DNA of 32,000 nt, taken from Pseudomonas phage phiKZ. Each line of letters starts with the position of its first letter. Position 1 is the first letter of the stretch. A program made the position numbers and the translations under genes. Under the pieces are notes generated by a model that worked only from the letters and a program-made list of their open reading frames with translations, did not search any database and was not told where the DNA came from. Location: the sequence record NC_004629.1; one strand, given 5' to 3'. This document shows, in pieces, positions 1 to 8,551 of this stretch.

Positions 1-1
1 T

Positions 2-280
2 AGTTTACAACATGAAAGACTTTCTCGCATTTCATGGAGTGGTCAATCTCTTAAGTTACTAGATTCCATTTCAAACATGTGGTCGATTGTTAATGATAAG
101 CCTGATTTTGCTGAACTGTATCTGACTGAGAAAGCTCAACTAATCAGTAAGTTAAATAATTGTCACCCCGCTATTAAAGATCTGGCTATATCTGTTCTCT
201 ATGGCAGGTGTACTATGGTTGGTGGGGATGCACTAAAAGAATATAATAAACTATTTTCTGATAATGAAATTGTATGTTAA
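2..280 (+). CDS. C-terminal part of a hypothetical protein running in from upstream of the window (the track ORF starts at 77, but the frame is open back to base 2)
   Basis: Frame is open from base 2 to the stop at 280; a terminator follows. Confidence 0.6.
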   Translation, partial: SLQHERLSRISWSGQSLKLLDSISNMWSIVNDKPDFAELYLTEKAQLISKLNNCHPAIKDLAISVLYGRCTMVGGDALKEYNKLFSDNEIVC

Positions 281-300
281 AATAATTACTTAATATACAC

Positions 301-317
301 CCTCCCTTCGGGGAGGG
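301..317 (+). terminator. Rho-independent terminator
   Basis: cctccc-ttcg-gggagg followed by gttttattt. Confidence 0.85.
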
Positions 318-329
318 TTTTATTTATCT

Positions 330-373
330 TTTTTTGTATTTAAACTATTTAAAAAGCTATATTACAAATATGA
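330..373 (+). promoter_or_regulatory. Putative phage promoter, motif copy 1 (core tatattacaaatatga, 358-373)
   Basis: tttttgtatttaaac..tttaaaaagcTATATTACAAATATGA sits between a terminator and the next gene; closely matches 6681-6722. Confidence 0.65.
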
Positions 374-398
374 ATTTAATAACCAAGAGGGCAATACA

Positions 399-662
399 AT
401 GACTGAACGTTTGAAATCCGTATGGTGCGCTTGCAGCTTACTGCGTGAACGCTGGAGACACATCCAAGACATTGCTGTCGGGGATGAACATCATGTCATA
501 GTAAAAAACGATATGCTGATGGTGTTTCGTGGTCAAGTACCGGTAGGTAGCATGTACCGGGGTGACAGTGACCCACTCATCTACGAGGGTGGTGCACTGG
601 AAGAATTTACTAAAGTTGTATTGGATTTAGAATTCAATACTCGTGGTGAAACCAATAGTTAA
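399..662 (+). CDS. hypothetical protein (87 aa)
   Basis: Intact ORF with an upstream RBS-like purine tract (aagaggg), downstream of a promoter-like motif. Confidence 0.75.
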   Translation: MTERLKSVWCACSLLRERWRHIQDIAVGDEHHVIVKNDMLMVFRGQVPVGSMYRGDSDPLIYEGGALEEFTKVVLDLEFNTRGETNS

Positions 663-688
663 TAAAATTAATTTTGAGGTAATTCATT

Positions 689-1096
689 ATGAAATATGTA
701 ATTGTATTTATGTTGTCTATTGTAACTATCACTGCTAACTCGGCTGTCATGTACACTAATCGTGATTCATGCATCGAGTTTGTAAAACAGGCAGATGAAT
801 TGTTTGTAAAAGGTGCATCTGTAACTGAAGTGCAAATGAAGACTTATGAAAGGATTCATTATATCCTTAATAACACTAAAGATCTAAAGACCAACCAGTC
901 TAAAGTTGAAGAACTCACTGGTCTATTTTACCTATGGTCTAAGGTAGATAAAATGGCAATTGAGGCAAGTTTGCCACGTGCAACAAATGCTGCTAAAGTC
1001 TATAAGACCACTCCTGAGAAATTCATCATTGATGGTTATTTCCAGCGTTGTGTAGCGGCAGGTGCGTTTGAAGCAAAACCACTTACTCTAAAATAA
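689..1096 (+). CDS. secreted two-cysteine protein, family member 1
   Basis: ORF with gaggt RBS; N-terminal signal peptide MKYVIVFMLSIVTITANSA; mature part has one early and one late Cys. Confidence 0.8.
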   Translation: MKYVIVFMLSIVTITANSAVMYTNRDSCIEFVKQADELFVKGASVTEVQMKTYERIHYILNNTKDLKTNQSKVEELTGLFYLWSKVDKMAIEASLPRATNAAKVYKTTPEKFIIDGYFQRCVAAGAFEAKPLTLK

Positions 1097-1108
1097 TGGA
1101 GGTACAAC

Positions 1109-1468
1109 ATGCTTAAGAATTGGCTATTATTCCTTTTCCTGCCAATCCTGTCCATTGCATGTCAGCCTGCCCACGCTGTAGAAGTGGGTATTACTAAGAA
1201 ATCATGTAATGTGGCAGTAAATCTTTCACAAAAAGCAACTGAGCTTTATGATAAGAACCTATCCCAATTTGAGATAATGATGCAGTTAGATATGATCTCT
1301 CGTAAGGATATGGATGACTTAGAGTTCTATGCAGGTACCGTATATGCTAAATTAAACTTAGTTGATATTCGCGTAAATAAACGAAAAGGATTTACCAATG
1401 GAGCTATTCTAGATAGGCTAGCTGAAAACTGTGTTGAAGCAATTGGTACTAAATTTAACTTGGAGTAG
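1109..1468 (+). CDS. secreted two-cysteine protein, family member 2
   Basis: ORF; signal peptide MLKNWLLFLFLPILSIACQPAHA; KKSC... and ...ENC. Confidence 0.8.
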   Translation: MLKNWLLFLFLPILSIACQPAHAVEVGITKKSCNVAVNLSQKATELYDKNLSQFEIMMQLDMISRKDMDDLEFYAGTVYAKLNLVDIRVNKRKGFTNGAILDRLAENCVEAIGTKFNLE

Positions 1469-1471
1469 AAT

Positions 1472-2266
1472 ATGGTTAGTATTTATATTGTCATTATACT
1501 CATGGCTATGCTAGCTGCATTGACATGTGGTAATTTGGTAGATAGCTGGGTAAGGCCAGCTATTCTAAAGTGGTTAAATGATGATGTCGCTATTCATTTC
1601 ACCAATGCTACCTGGATGGTTGGGGGGATCCCTAATAGTGTTCCAATGCAACTAGGTAAAGCTGTTTGGTTACCCAAATACGTGGGTGACGGAATACGTC
1701 TTTATATCACGGCTGATGAAATAAAATTTGGATGGAATGGTAAAGAAAAAGATGCTTTAGCACGAGCCATTGTTGAAGTTATCTTTATTGGTAAAAATCC
1801 AAATAGTAAACTTCTTGAAGTAAGTATTAAACCTATTTGGTTACACCCTTCTATCCAAAAAGAAAGTTTCTATTTAATGTTTGATTGGGAAAAGCTTTAT
1901 ACAAAAAATGAAGAGATGCGTATTTGTTGGAAGACAATACGTCACACTTTTTTCTATGGATTCCTAGGTTTGCTATTTGGCGGTAGTGCCAATGCAGATA
2001 ACCTTGTATTAACTGAACGTGGATGTGACCAATATGAAGCAATGGTGAGAACTATTGCATCTAAAGCTTATATTGGATTAGATCCAGTTATGGGTAGGGA
2101 ATTCATTATTAATGATCCTGATATGTTAAATGCCCGTGAGAAAGCACAACGTAATACCCGTATCATTATCGATATGGTGGAAACTGGACAAGAACCCAAA
2201 GACATTGCATTATGGATGAATACTCAATGTAAACAAGAAGCAGTGTCAAATTTAATCAAACAGTGA
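1472..2266 (+). CDS. membrane protein with an internal signal-like segment followed by a family-like two-cysteine domain, family member 3
   Basis: ORF of 264 aa; N-terminal TM helix; internal FFYGFLGLLFGGSANA|DNLVLTERGC resembles a signal peptide and mature start. Confidence 0.75.
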   Translation: MVSIYIVIILMAMLAALTCGNLVDSWVRPAILKWLNDDVAIHFTNATWMVGGIPNSVPMQLGKAVWLPKYVGDGIRLYITADEIKFGWNGKEKDALARAIVEVIFIGKNPNSKLLEVSIKPIWLHPSIQKESFYLMFDWEKLYTKNEEMRICWKTIRHTFFYGFLGLLFGGSANADNLVLTERGCDQYEAMVRTIASKAYIGLDPVMGREFIINDPDMLNAREKAQRNTRIIIDMVETGQEPKDIALWMNTQCKQEAVSNLIKQ

Positions 2267-2279
2267 AAAAGGCATAGAT

Positions 2280-2663
2280 ATGAAAAGAAATTTTGAAGAT
2301 GATCACGTGGTAATGGCAGTGGAAGTATATGAGAAACTGAAAGAAGCTGCTGCTTATTCATTACACTCTTCTGAAATTAGTAAGATCGAACGACATATGC
2401 GTAAGTTTAATCGTGTTCAACGCGATAAACATATTGAAAATATGCATATGGAAATGCTTGAGAAACGCGAGGCTATTAGAAAAGCAAAATCTTTCTTTTC
2501 TCAAAATGCCGGTAAAATTGGTTGCGTAGTAGATAGGCTTGTCAAAGTATGTGAAGTGTATAAAATGGATAAGTCTATGGTGGTTGTTGAGTTTCTCCAA
2601 CATAAATCTAAAATTAAAGTTCCAGTAAATCCTGAAAAAATTACTATTCTTACCATTAAATAA
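2280..2663 (+). CDS. hypothetical protein
   Basis: Intact ORF; antisense ORFs 2361-2603 and 2501-2857 judged spurious. Confidence 0.75.
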   Translation: MKRNFEDDHVVMAVEVYEKLKEAAAYSLHSSEISKIERHMRKFNRVQRDKHIENMHMEMLEKREAIRKAKSFFSQNAGKIGCVVDRLVKVCEVYKMDKSMVVVEFLQHKSKIKVPVNPEKITILTIK

Positions 2664-2680
2664 ATGAAGAAGGATTTAAA

Positions 2681-3136
2681 ATGAAAAATGTAATTGCAGC
2701 AGCTTTCGCTGGTCTCATTGCCATTACCGGTATCATGTTCAATACCGCAATGGCTGAAATCAAGATTGGTAAAAAAGATGCTCAACTCACTGTGCAGTCG
2801 TGTGCAATGGTTGAAACCATTACTAAACAAGCTGTATTTCGAATGAGTGAAGGTCATAGCGCAGATGAAGTTGGTGTGCTTATGCTCAACAACTCTGCTA
2901 AACTCAAAGATGAGTTGGATACCAATAATTGGATTGCGTTAACATTCGTATTCAATAGTCTTAATAAAATCAATAATGACCTTAACAGTAAAGAGATCCA
3001 TGATTATATCCGTAGTCAAGGTTACAATGTGACTACTCCTAATCTGGCAGCTTTTATCAGCGGGTATTATGGCAATTACTGCATGAAGCATATTGGTGAG
3101 AAATTCACTCACATGGTAATTGTTGAACTCATTTAA
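2681..3136 (+). CDS. secreted two-cysteine protein, family member 4
   Basis: Signal peptide MKNVIAAAFAGLIAITGIMFNTAMA; VQSC ... NYC. Confidence 0.8.
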   Translation: MKNVIAAAFAGLIAITGIMFNTAMAEIKIGKKDAQLTVQSCAMVETITKQAVFRMSEGHSADEVGVLMLNNSAKLKDELDTNNWIALTFVFNSLNKINNDLNSKEIHDYIRSQGYNVTTPNLAAFISGYYGNYCMKHIGEKFTHMVIVELI

Positions 3137-3168
3137 TTCATATCGAATACTTTCAAAAGGAAAATAGG

Positions 3169-3546
3169 ATGAAATACGTCTTCTCGCTCATTATCACTAT
3201 GGTAGCAATGTCGGTTAATGCACAACCCGTAACCGTGTCATCTTGCTACGTGCTGCACAGCTTGGCAAAGAATATGGTTCAATTCTACACTAATGGCGGT
3301 GAGCCATTGGAGATGTATGCAATACTGCAAGATGAACTATCCATTGCCATAGATAAAAACCAGAGTGATAAGGCACTCGCTATTAATATCGCATTGGATA
3401 ATGTCGATGTAATATACCAAAATCTCACTGATCCCGCACTTAAGCTTTTGGCAAAGAGCGAGGGAAGTGATCTTGGTGAGATGCTGACTGAAAAACTCAG
3501 TAATGGGTGTTTCAATATAGTCGGCGAGGAGTTGTATGATAACTAG
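3169..3546 (+). CDS. secreted two-cysteine protein, family member 5
   Basis: aaaggaaaataggatg start context; signal peptide MKYVFSLIITMVAMSVNA; VSSC ... NGC. Confidence 0.8.
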   Translation: MKYVFSLIITMVAMSVNAQPVTVSSCYVLHSLAKNMVQFYTNGGEPLEMYAILQDELSIAIDKNQSDKALAINIALDNVDVIYQNLTDPALKLLAKSEGSDLGEMLTEKLSNGCFNIVGEELYDN

Positions 3547-3775
3547 AATCATCCTAATTGTTGCATGGGTATGGGTAATCTCTCTTATGGGAATGATTAC
3601 GTATGTTCTTTATGATACGTATCAATTTCGTAAGAAATTAGAAATGCCTGTTGTAGAATGGGAAGATAAGGCGAAGGACACTCCTGTTAAGAAGTGTCCA
3701 GATGAAGTATTATTCGCTGAAGACCCAAAGGATGGCAAACTCAAAATGGGATGCCCTGAGAGTTATAAGAAATAA
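3536..3775 (+). CDS. small membrane-anchored protein
   Basis: Overlaps the preceding stop; N-terminal TM helix (IILIVAWVWVISLMGMITYVLY). Confidence 0.7.
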   Translation: MITRIILIVAWVWVISLMGMITYVLYDTYQFRKKLEMPVVEWEDKAKDTPVKKCPDEVLFAEDPKDGKLKMGCPESYKK

Positions 3776-3778
3776 TTA

Positions 3779-3796
3779 GAGGACCTTCGGGTCCTC
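3779..3796 (+). terminator. Rho-independent terminator
   Basis: gaggacc-ttcg-ggtcctc followed by a T-run. Confidence 0.85.
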
Positions 3797-3857
3797 TTTT
3801 TAACCGACTGGACGGTTAAAACTAGGTGGGATAAATTAAACTATTTGAGGAAATCTA

Positions 3858-3965
3858 ATGCAACTTAGTAATGAACTTTTCTATGTGGGTATGGTAGCTG
3901 TATCAATGTCAATCGGTATGCTATTTAGCTATATTTATCACACTCATAAGAAAAAATATAAATAA
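3858..3965 (+). CDS. 35-aa single-TM microprotein [35 protein letters not shown] (not in the supplied track)
   Basis: ORF with tgagg upstream, flanked by two terminators. Confidence 0.55.
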   Translation: MQLSNELFYVGMVAVSMSIGMLFSYIYHTHKKKYK

Positions 3966-3974
3966 AGTCATAAA

Positions 3975-3994
3975 CCCTCTCCCAAAGGAGAGGG
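3975..3994 (+). terminator. Rho-independent terminator
   Basis: ccctctcc..ggagaggg followed by ctttta. Confidence 0.8.
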
Positions 3995-4008
3995 CTTTTA
4001 CATTAAAT

Positions 4009-4037
4009 TTTTTTTGAAATCTATATTACACTAATAC
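4009..4037 (+). promoter_or_regulatory. Putative phage promoter, motif copy 2 (tatattacactaatac)
   Basis: ttttttttgaaatcTATATTACACTAATAC immediately follows a terminator and precedes gene 4069. Confidence 0.5.
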
Positions 4038-4068
4038 AACATTAAACTATTAAATAGGTAATTAAAAA

Positions 4069-4443
4069 ATGAATGAAAATATTAAACGCTCATTTATTGG
4101 TATGCCACTGTCTATCAATATTGGTAAAGATATTGATTTATCAATGTATGAACGAATTGTATTTGTATCACAAGTAGATAAAAATGATATAAAATACTTT
4201 GTTTATAAATTAAATAAATCCAAATTTAAACATGAACCAAATGTAGTTAATTACGCCGAAACAGATAAGGATATTATTATTTATCCCCCGCTTGATTTCA
4301 TTCAGACAATTAATGAATATTATCGAGTATCATTGGAAAATGAATTTATGTGTCATCCTGTTATTCTAAAAGCAGATGATAGTAATAATCAAGAAGTATT
4401 TTTGAAAACTATTAAAATGGTACATGAGTATGTCGATGAATAA
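4069..4443 (+). CDS. hypothetical protein
   Basis: Intact ORF. Confidence 0.7.
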   Translation: MNENIKRSFIGMPLSINIGKDIDLSMYERIVFVSQVDKNDIKYFVYKLNKSKFKHEPNVVNYAETDKDIIIYPPLDFIQTINEYYRVSLENEFMCHPVILKADDSNNQEVFLKTIKMVHEYVDE

Positions 4444-4891
4444 CTGCGCATTTATTAATTTAAGGCAACGTTTAGTTAATGATAAACTAACCTATGTGAT
4501 TCATCCCATAGTGAAGGTTTATGATTTCACTAGAAAGGCTATTAGACAATTAACTGATTTTGCTATTTTAGATAGTTATAACTTCCCAGAGGAAACTTCC
4601 AATATTAGTGTTCAGCCAACTATCACAGATGATACTAATAATAGAAATTCTTTGATACATCTTGGGGTTATAGAAGAGCCTGATTTTGGACCAACTAGAT
4701 TATACGCCATCTTAGATAGAGAAATCAAAGATGATTCTAATCTAATTGAAACAACTGATGATGGCTGGTATACATTGGATGAGTTAATTCTAGTTGAAGA
4801 CGATATGGATGAATTCGCGCGACTTATTGTTCAGTACTTGCGAACTATTCCGAGGAAGCCACAATGGTTAACTTCGACAAAAGATGTTTAG
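4424..4891 (+). CDS. hypothetical protein (start may be at internal Met 4430 or 4436)
   Basis: ORF overlapping its neighbour, typical of coupled genes. Confidence 0.65.
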   Translation: MSMSMNNCAFINLRQRLVNDKLTYVIHPIVKVYDFTRKAIRQLTDFAILDSYNFPEETSNISVQPTITDDTNNRNSLIHLGVIEEPDFGPTRLYAILDREIKDDSNLIETTDDGWYTLDELILVEDDMDEFARLIVQYLRTIPRKPQWLTSTKDV

Positions 4892-5094
4892 AAATAGAGC
4901 CTAATCAGTTAGGTTATGTATTTACAAAGATCGGTTGGGAAATATGTGTTACTATTGGCATACGACATATATGTGCTAAAACCTATTATACAGTGTATTC
5001 ACTTAATGATAAATGCATTTATTACATTGAGCATTCAGCGCAATTTACTAAACGCATAAAACCAAACTATATACAAAGGTTTCATGTTCTATGA
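4864..5094 (+). CDS. hypothetical protein
   Basis: Short overlapping ORF. Confidence 0.6.
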   Translation: MVNFDKRCLEIEPNQLGYVFTKIGWEICVTIGIRHICAKTYYTVYSLNDKCIYYIEHSAQFTKRIKPNYIQRFHVL

Positions 5095-5777
5095 TCAATA
5101 CAACCGATAAAACTATAGTTGGTATAGGATTTGAAACAAAGGTTTCAGATTCACCGATTGAACAACCTGTAAAGAAAACTAAGACTCCTAAGATAAATAA
5201 ACAAAAAGAATGGGAGAAAGTAGATGATCCGAGAGAATATACAAAAGAGGAACAAACTTCTCTCTTTGTAAATTGGCTTCAAAGCACACGTAATTACTGG
5301 CATAAACAGTATACCGATACTCAAAATACAGATAAGGCACTATCTATCAGAGATATGCTTGATGGATTTATATATAGCATCGCAGCTGGCCTAGATGGCA
5401 ATGATCCAAATATACCCGGATTCAAACTTATACCTAATGTTACTCAAGAGGATATTGACTACCTAATAAGTATTGGTGAGAATTATTGGCCAGTAAACCC
5501 AGTTGAAAATTTAAAAGATAATATCCGTGCAAAGTGTGATGCAGTTGATATTTCTGGTAATCTACGTTATCAAGTTTCTAAGACATTTACGGAACCTTTC
5601 AAAGGACCACATGCACTATTGAACCATTTCCTTAGTTTAGCAGGTGAGAAACCTGTTAAGTATTACTCGGGTAATTTTACGCAAGAGCAACTTGCTATGT
5701 TAGTAGAAAAAGCTAAAGAAAAAGCGGAAAAGATACAATCACAAATAGCTGATGATATCAGTCGAATAATGCGTTAA
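5091..5777 (+). CDS. hypothetical protein, paralogue A
   Basis: ATGA overlap with the preceding gene; contains GLDGNDPNIPGFKLIPNVTQEDIDYLISIGENYWP. Confidence 0.75.
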   Translation: MINTTDKTIVGIGFETKVSDSPIEQPVKKTKTPKINKQKEWEKVDDPREYTKEEQTSLFVNWLQSTRNYWHKQYTDTQNTDKALSIRDMLDGFIYSIAAGLDGNDPNIPGFKLIPNVTQEDIDYLISIGENYWPVNPVENLKDNIRAKCDAVDISGNLRYQVSKTFTEPFKGPHALLNHFLSLAGEKPVKYYSGNFTQEQLAMLVEKAKEKAEKIQSQIADDISRIMR

Positions 5778-5821
5778 TGAACTAATAAATTTATAAGCTA
5801 CTGATAACAAGGTATGTAATT

Positions 5822-6196
5822 ATGATCTATTTTGAAGGCGATGGTAATGTTAAACCTGTAACACAGGAACAAGTTAAAGAACTATTTATTAGTAGTGTTG
5901 TCAATATGCGTGATAATGCTATCAATAACTCTAAACTTGATCAATTTACAGAGCCAGCTGATCGGGACAGGGCTGTAGCAGATAGTGTCATTACAGGCAT
6001 GCTAGATATACTAGATGGCAATAATGACGATTGCCCAGCGTTTCATTTAATTCCAGCAGTTGGTGAGGAAGAATATTTAGCGGCTGTAGAAGCAGGTGCT
6101 GATTATATCCCTTATGATGATGGTAGTGATAATTATCAACCATTAGATTTAGCTGGTGAACTACGAGATTATTTTATCTTTGTTAATAGGGGTTAA
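5822..6196 (+). CDS. hypothetical protein, paralogue B
   Basis: Contains DILDGNNDDCPAFHLIPAVGEEEYLAAVEAGADYIP, similar to the 5091-5777 product. Confidence 0.75.
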   Translation: MIYFEGDGNVKPVTQEQVKELFISSVVNMRDNAINNSKLDQFTEPADRDRAVADSVITGMLDILDGNNDDCPAFHLIPAVGEEEYLAAVEAGADYIPYDDGSDNYQPLDLAGELRDYFIFVNRG

Positions 6197-6198
6197 TA

Positions 6199-6633
6199 AT
6201 GGCTGATATAGTAATTGCACTAATCCTGTCAGCAATTATTGTTTATCTAATTAATATTTTTAAACACCCAAAAATAATTTATGCCAATAGTGTAAATGAT
6301 AATGTCTTCATTGTTACTGGTTGCTCTTATATATCTGAAAATAATGAAGATGGTACATTAACAACTTTTTCACCTAAATTAAATAATAGGTTAATAATTG
6401 ATTTAACTAAAGGTCAACCCAATAAAGACTTTTATATTTCAGTATTAGATAACACACTTAAATTCCATCACACTGTTGATGAAATCATCACAGCTAATAA
6501 ATGGGAAGCTTTATTTAAAATTAGCATAACCAAAGAGGATGTGTGTATCTCAGGAATGTCTCTTAAAAATAAACACATTAAATGTAATTTACACTGGGTT
6601 ATAGTACCAGGTAAAATGGCGAATAAATTGTAA
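6199..6633 (+). CDS. hypothetical protein with N-terminal TM segment
   Basis: MADIVIALILSAIIVYLINIF; ORF directly after the previous gene. Confidence 0.7.
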   Translation: MADIVIALILSAIIVYLINIFKHPKIIYANSVNDNVFIVTGCSYISENNEDGTLTTFSPKLNNRLIIDLTKGQPNKDFYISVLDNTLKFHHTVDEIITANKWEALFKISITKEDVCISGMSLKNKHIKCNLHWVIVPGKMANKL

Positions 6634-6646
6634 TAGTTATTATATT

Positions 6647-6667
6647 GCCCTCCCATTGCGGGAGGGC
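6647..6667 (+). terminator. Rho-independent terminator
   Basis: gccctccc-attgc-gggagggc. Confidence 0.8.
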
Positions 6668-6678
6668 TTATATTTTAT

Positions 6679-6722
6679 TTTTTTGTATTTAAAGCATTTT
6701 AAACAGTATATTACAAATGTGA
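6679..6722 (+). promoter_or_regulatory. Putative phage promoter, motif copy 3 (tatattacaaatgtga, 6707-6722)
   Basis: ttttttgtatttaaagcattttaaacagTATATTACAAATGTGA; gtattt-to-tatatt spacing is the same as in copy 1. Confidence 0.65.
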
Positions 6723-6757
6723 TAAAACTATCTAAATTTCAAATAGGTAAATCAATT

Positions 6758-7117
6758 ATGTTGGATTATGCTTTGGAAAAGTGTCGCGAGATCCCTTATG
6801 TAAAACATCGTCAACGTGTTTATTCAGTCATTACTGATAAGCGTGGCAGGATTATTAGTGAAAGCCAAAATATGTATGGTAAAACACATCCTGTTCAGAA
6901 ACGTTATTCTCTAAAAGCAGGATTGTCTGATCTACGTTGTGAGATGCATAGTGAGTTGCGTTCTATCATCCTCTCCAAAGGAAAAGGATATAGGATCTAT
7001 GTTGCGCGGGTCGGTGCTGATGGCAGGCCATTGGATGCGTATCCGTGCCCCACTTGTCAGATGGCAATTAATGACCATGGTAAATTAAAAGAGGTAATTG
7101 TATCTATTGGTAAATAA
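6758..7117 (+). CDS. cytidine/deoxycytidylate deaminase-like zinc-dependent deaminase (track ORF starts at 6656; ATG at 6758 preferred because it lies after the promoter-like motif)
   Basis: Deaminase zinc motifs: HSE (in CEMHSELRSII) and PCPTC (in AYPCPTCQMAI). Confidence 0.65.
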   Translation: MLDYALEKCREIPYVKHRQRVYSVITDKRGRIISESQNMYGKTHPVQKRYSLKAGLSDLRCEMHSELRSIILSKGKGYRIYVARVGADGRPLDAYPCPTCQMAINDHGKLKEVIVSIGK

Positions 7118-7170
7118 TAAACCATCAAAACGCGTATTAAAATTTATTTAACTCACGGGGAACTGATACG

Positions 7171-7515
7171 ATGACTCTTGGTATTTCAAAATCTCTTTTG
7201 GAAAATGCAATCAAAACTCTTCAAATAGAAACTGGCAATTGCTCTATTCCGACCAAAAATGAAATTCATGCAATGTTGGTTGAACGGCAAGCCAATGAAG
7301 TCTGTGCGGGTATTCGGAGAAAGATGCTTGAAGACCTACCTGGTTTCAACAACTTCCATTTTATTCGCAGTTATGAAATTGTTGTCGAACATAAGGATGA
7401 AATTGCTCCATCTGTAATGAAGGTTGTTAAAGCACGATTGCGTGAAGCGGGCTGGAGAAAAGTCGAGTTCGGTGAGCACGATTGCGGTATTACAAAGATT
7501 AGGATTAAGCTATGA
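7171..7515 (+). CDS. hypothetical protein
   Basis: Intact ORF with an upstream gggg tract. Confidence 0.7.
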   Translation: MTLGISKSLLENAIKTLQIETGNCSIPTKNEIHAMLVERQANEVCAGIRRKMLEDLPGFNNFHFIRSYEIVVEHKDEIAPSVMKVVKARLREAGWRKVEFGEHDCGITKIRIKL

Positions 7516-7934
7516 AAAATACACGCTTAGTTGAAGTTGCTGAACATGCATATTGCCTGATTGGTGGACTTCCTAAACCAGAAGAAATGGATGAAGCAGA
7601 AAAAGAGTATTGGGCATCTGTACCAAGTGAGGATATTAAATTAGCTTCATATTGGAAAATGGTTCAACCACCACTATATGCCCTAGTGATGAAATATAGT
7701 GGAATTGATTACGAAAGATTTTATCCTTATCCTGGTGGTCCTTCTCTTAACACTGACGAGCTAAAGACTTTCAGGCTCAATGATATCGATGAAGGTGCGC
7801 TTATTTGGCGTGATGTCTGCATTACTTGGTATAAACGACCAGGACGGTGTATGTGTGTTTCACGCGACATCGCAGATGATGAACTCGTGCAACTTGAACA
7901 GGAACTCATTAAAGCTATCGCAAAACCGAAATAA
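7512..7934 (+). CDS. hypothetical protein
   Basis: ATGA overlap with the preceding gene. Confidence 0.7.
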   Translation: MKNTRLVEVAEHAYCLIGGLPKPEEMDEAEKEYWASVPSEDIKLASYWKMVQPPLYALVMKYSGIDYERFYPYPGGPSLNTDELKTFRLNDIDEGALIWRDVCITWYKRPGRCMCVSRDIADDELVQLEQELIKAIAKPK

Positions 7935-7985
7935 CTTATAAAAGAAGTTTAACAGATTTTTAATCCAACTAAAAGGAAATTGTAA

Positions 7986-8219
7986 ATGCAACATGTAACT
8001 GTAAAAACTATGAACTCTGGACTGAAAGTCATTGATCTGGATGGTATCCGACTCAAAGACAAAAATATTATCCAGCTACGTTCTATTATGAATCACGATG
8101 CAGCAAAGCAATCGTCAGCTTTTATGCATCACGATAGCCAGTTCAATAATGTACGTATTGAATTTTGGCGCGAACCATCAGCGCGAATTATCTCGCTGAT
8201 TAAAGATGCGGTCGCATGA
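7986..8219 (+). CDS. hypothetical protein
   Basis: ORF with aaaaggaaat upstream. Confidence 0.7.
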   Translation: MQHVTVKTMNSGLKVIDLDGIRLKDKNIIQLRSIMNHDAAKQSSAFMHHDSQFNNVRIEFWREPSARIISLIKDAVA

Positions 8220-8246
8220 CCGCTTTCTTTTAAGAAGGTAACTAAT

Positions 8247-8525
8247 ATGTCTATCTCTGATGTAGTATATGAAGCCGCTGTCAAAAGTGGTGTTAGTCTT
8301 GAACACCTTGGTAAAGAAGAGCCTATTCTAAAAATTCGCTCTGTTAAAGAAAGTGATGGATGGGATATCATCCTCTATTATCCTGGTAAGATTACCAAGA
8401 CTGTGAAACTACTATCAAGCGATGTAGCTGGGTCAGATGCATCAAAGTTTATTGAACATGTATTTGGAGATGTTCAATTTGCTAAAGAAGCAGTACGCAA
8501 TGCTGAAGGCATTGTAATAAAATAA
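8247..8525 (+). CDS. hypothetical protein
   Basis: ORF with aagaaggtaac upstream. Confidence 0.75.
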   Translation: MSISDVVYEAAVKSGVSLEHLGKEEPILKIRSVKESDGWDIILYYPGKITKTVKLLSSDVAGSDASKFIEHVFGDVQFAKEAVRNAEGIVIK

Positions 8526-8551
8526 TCAATCTGGAAAAAAAGGAAATATAA

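Noticed and set aside
6468-6656. - strand ORF MGGQYNNYYNLF...
   Set aside because: Antisense to the 6199-6633 gene and the terminator.
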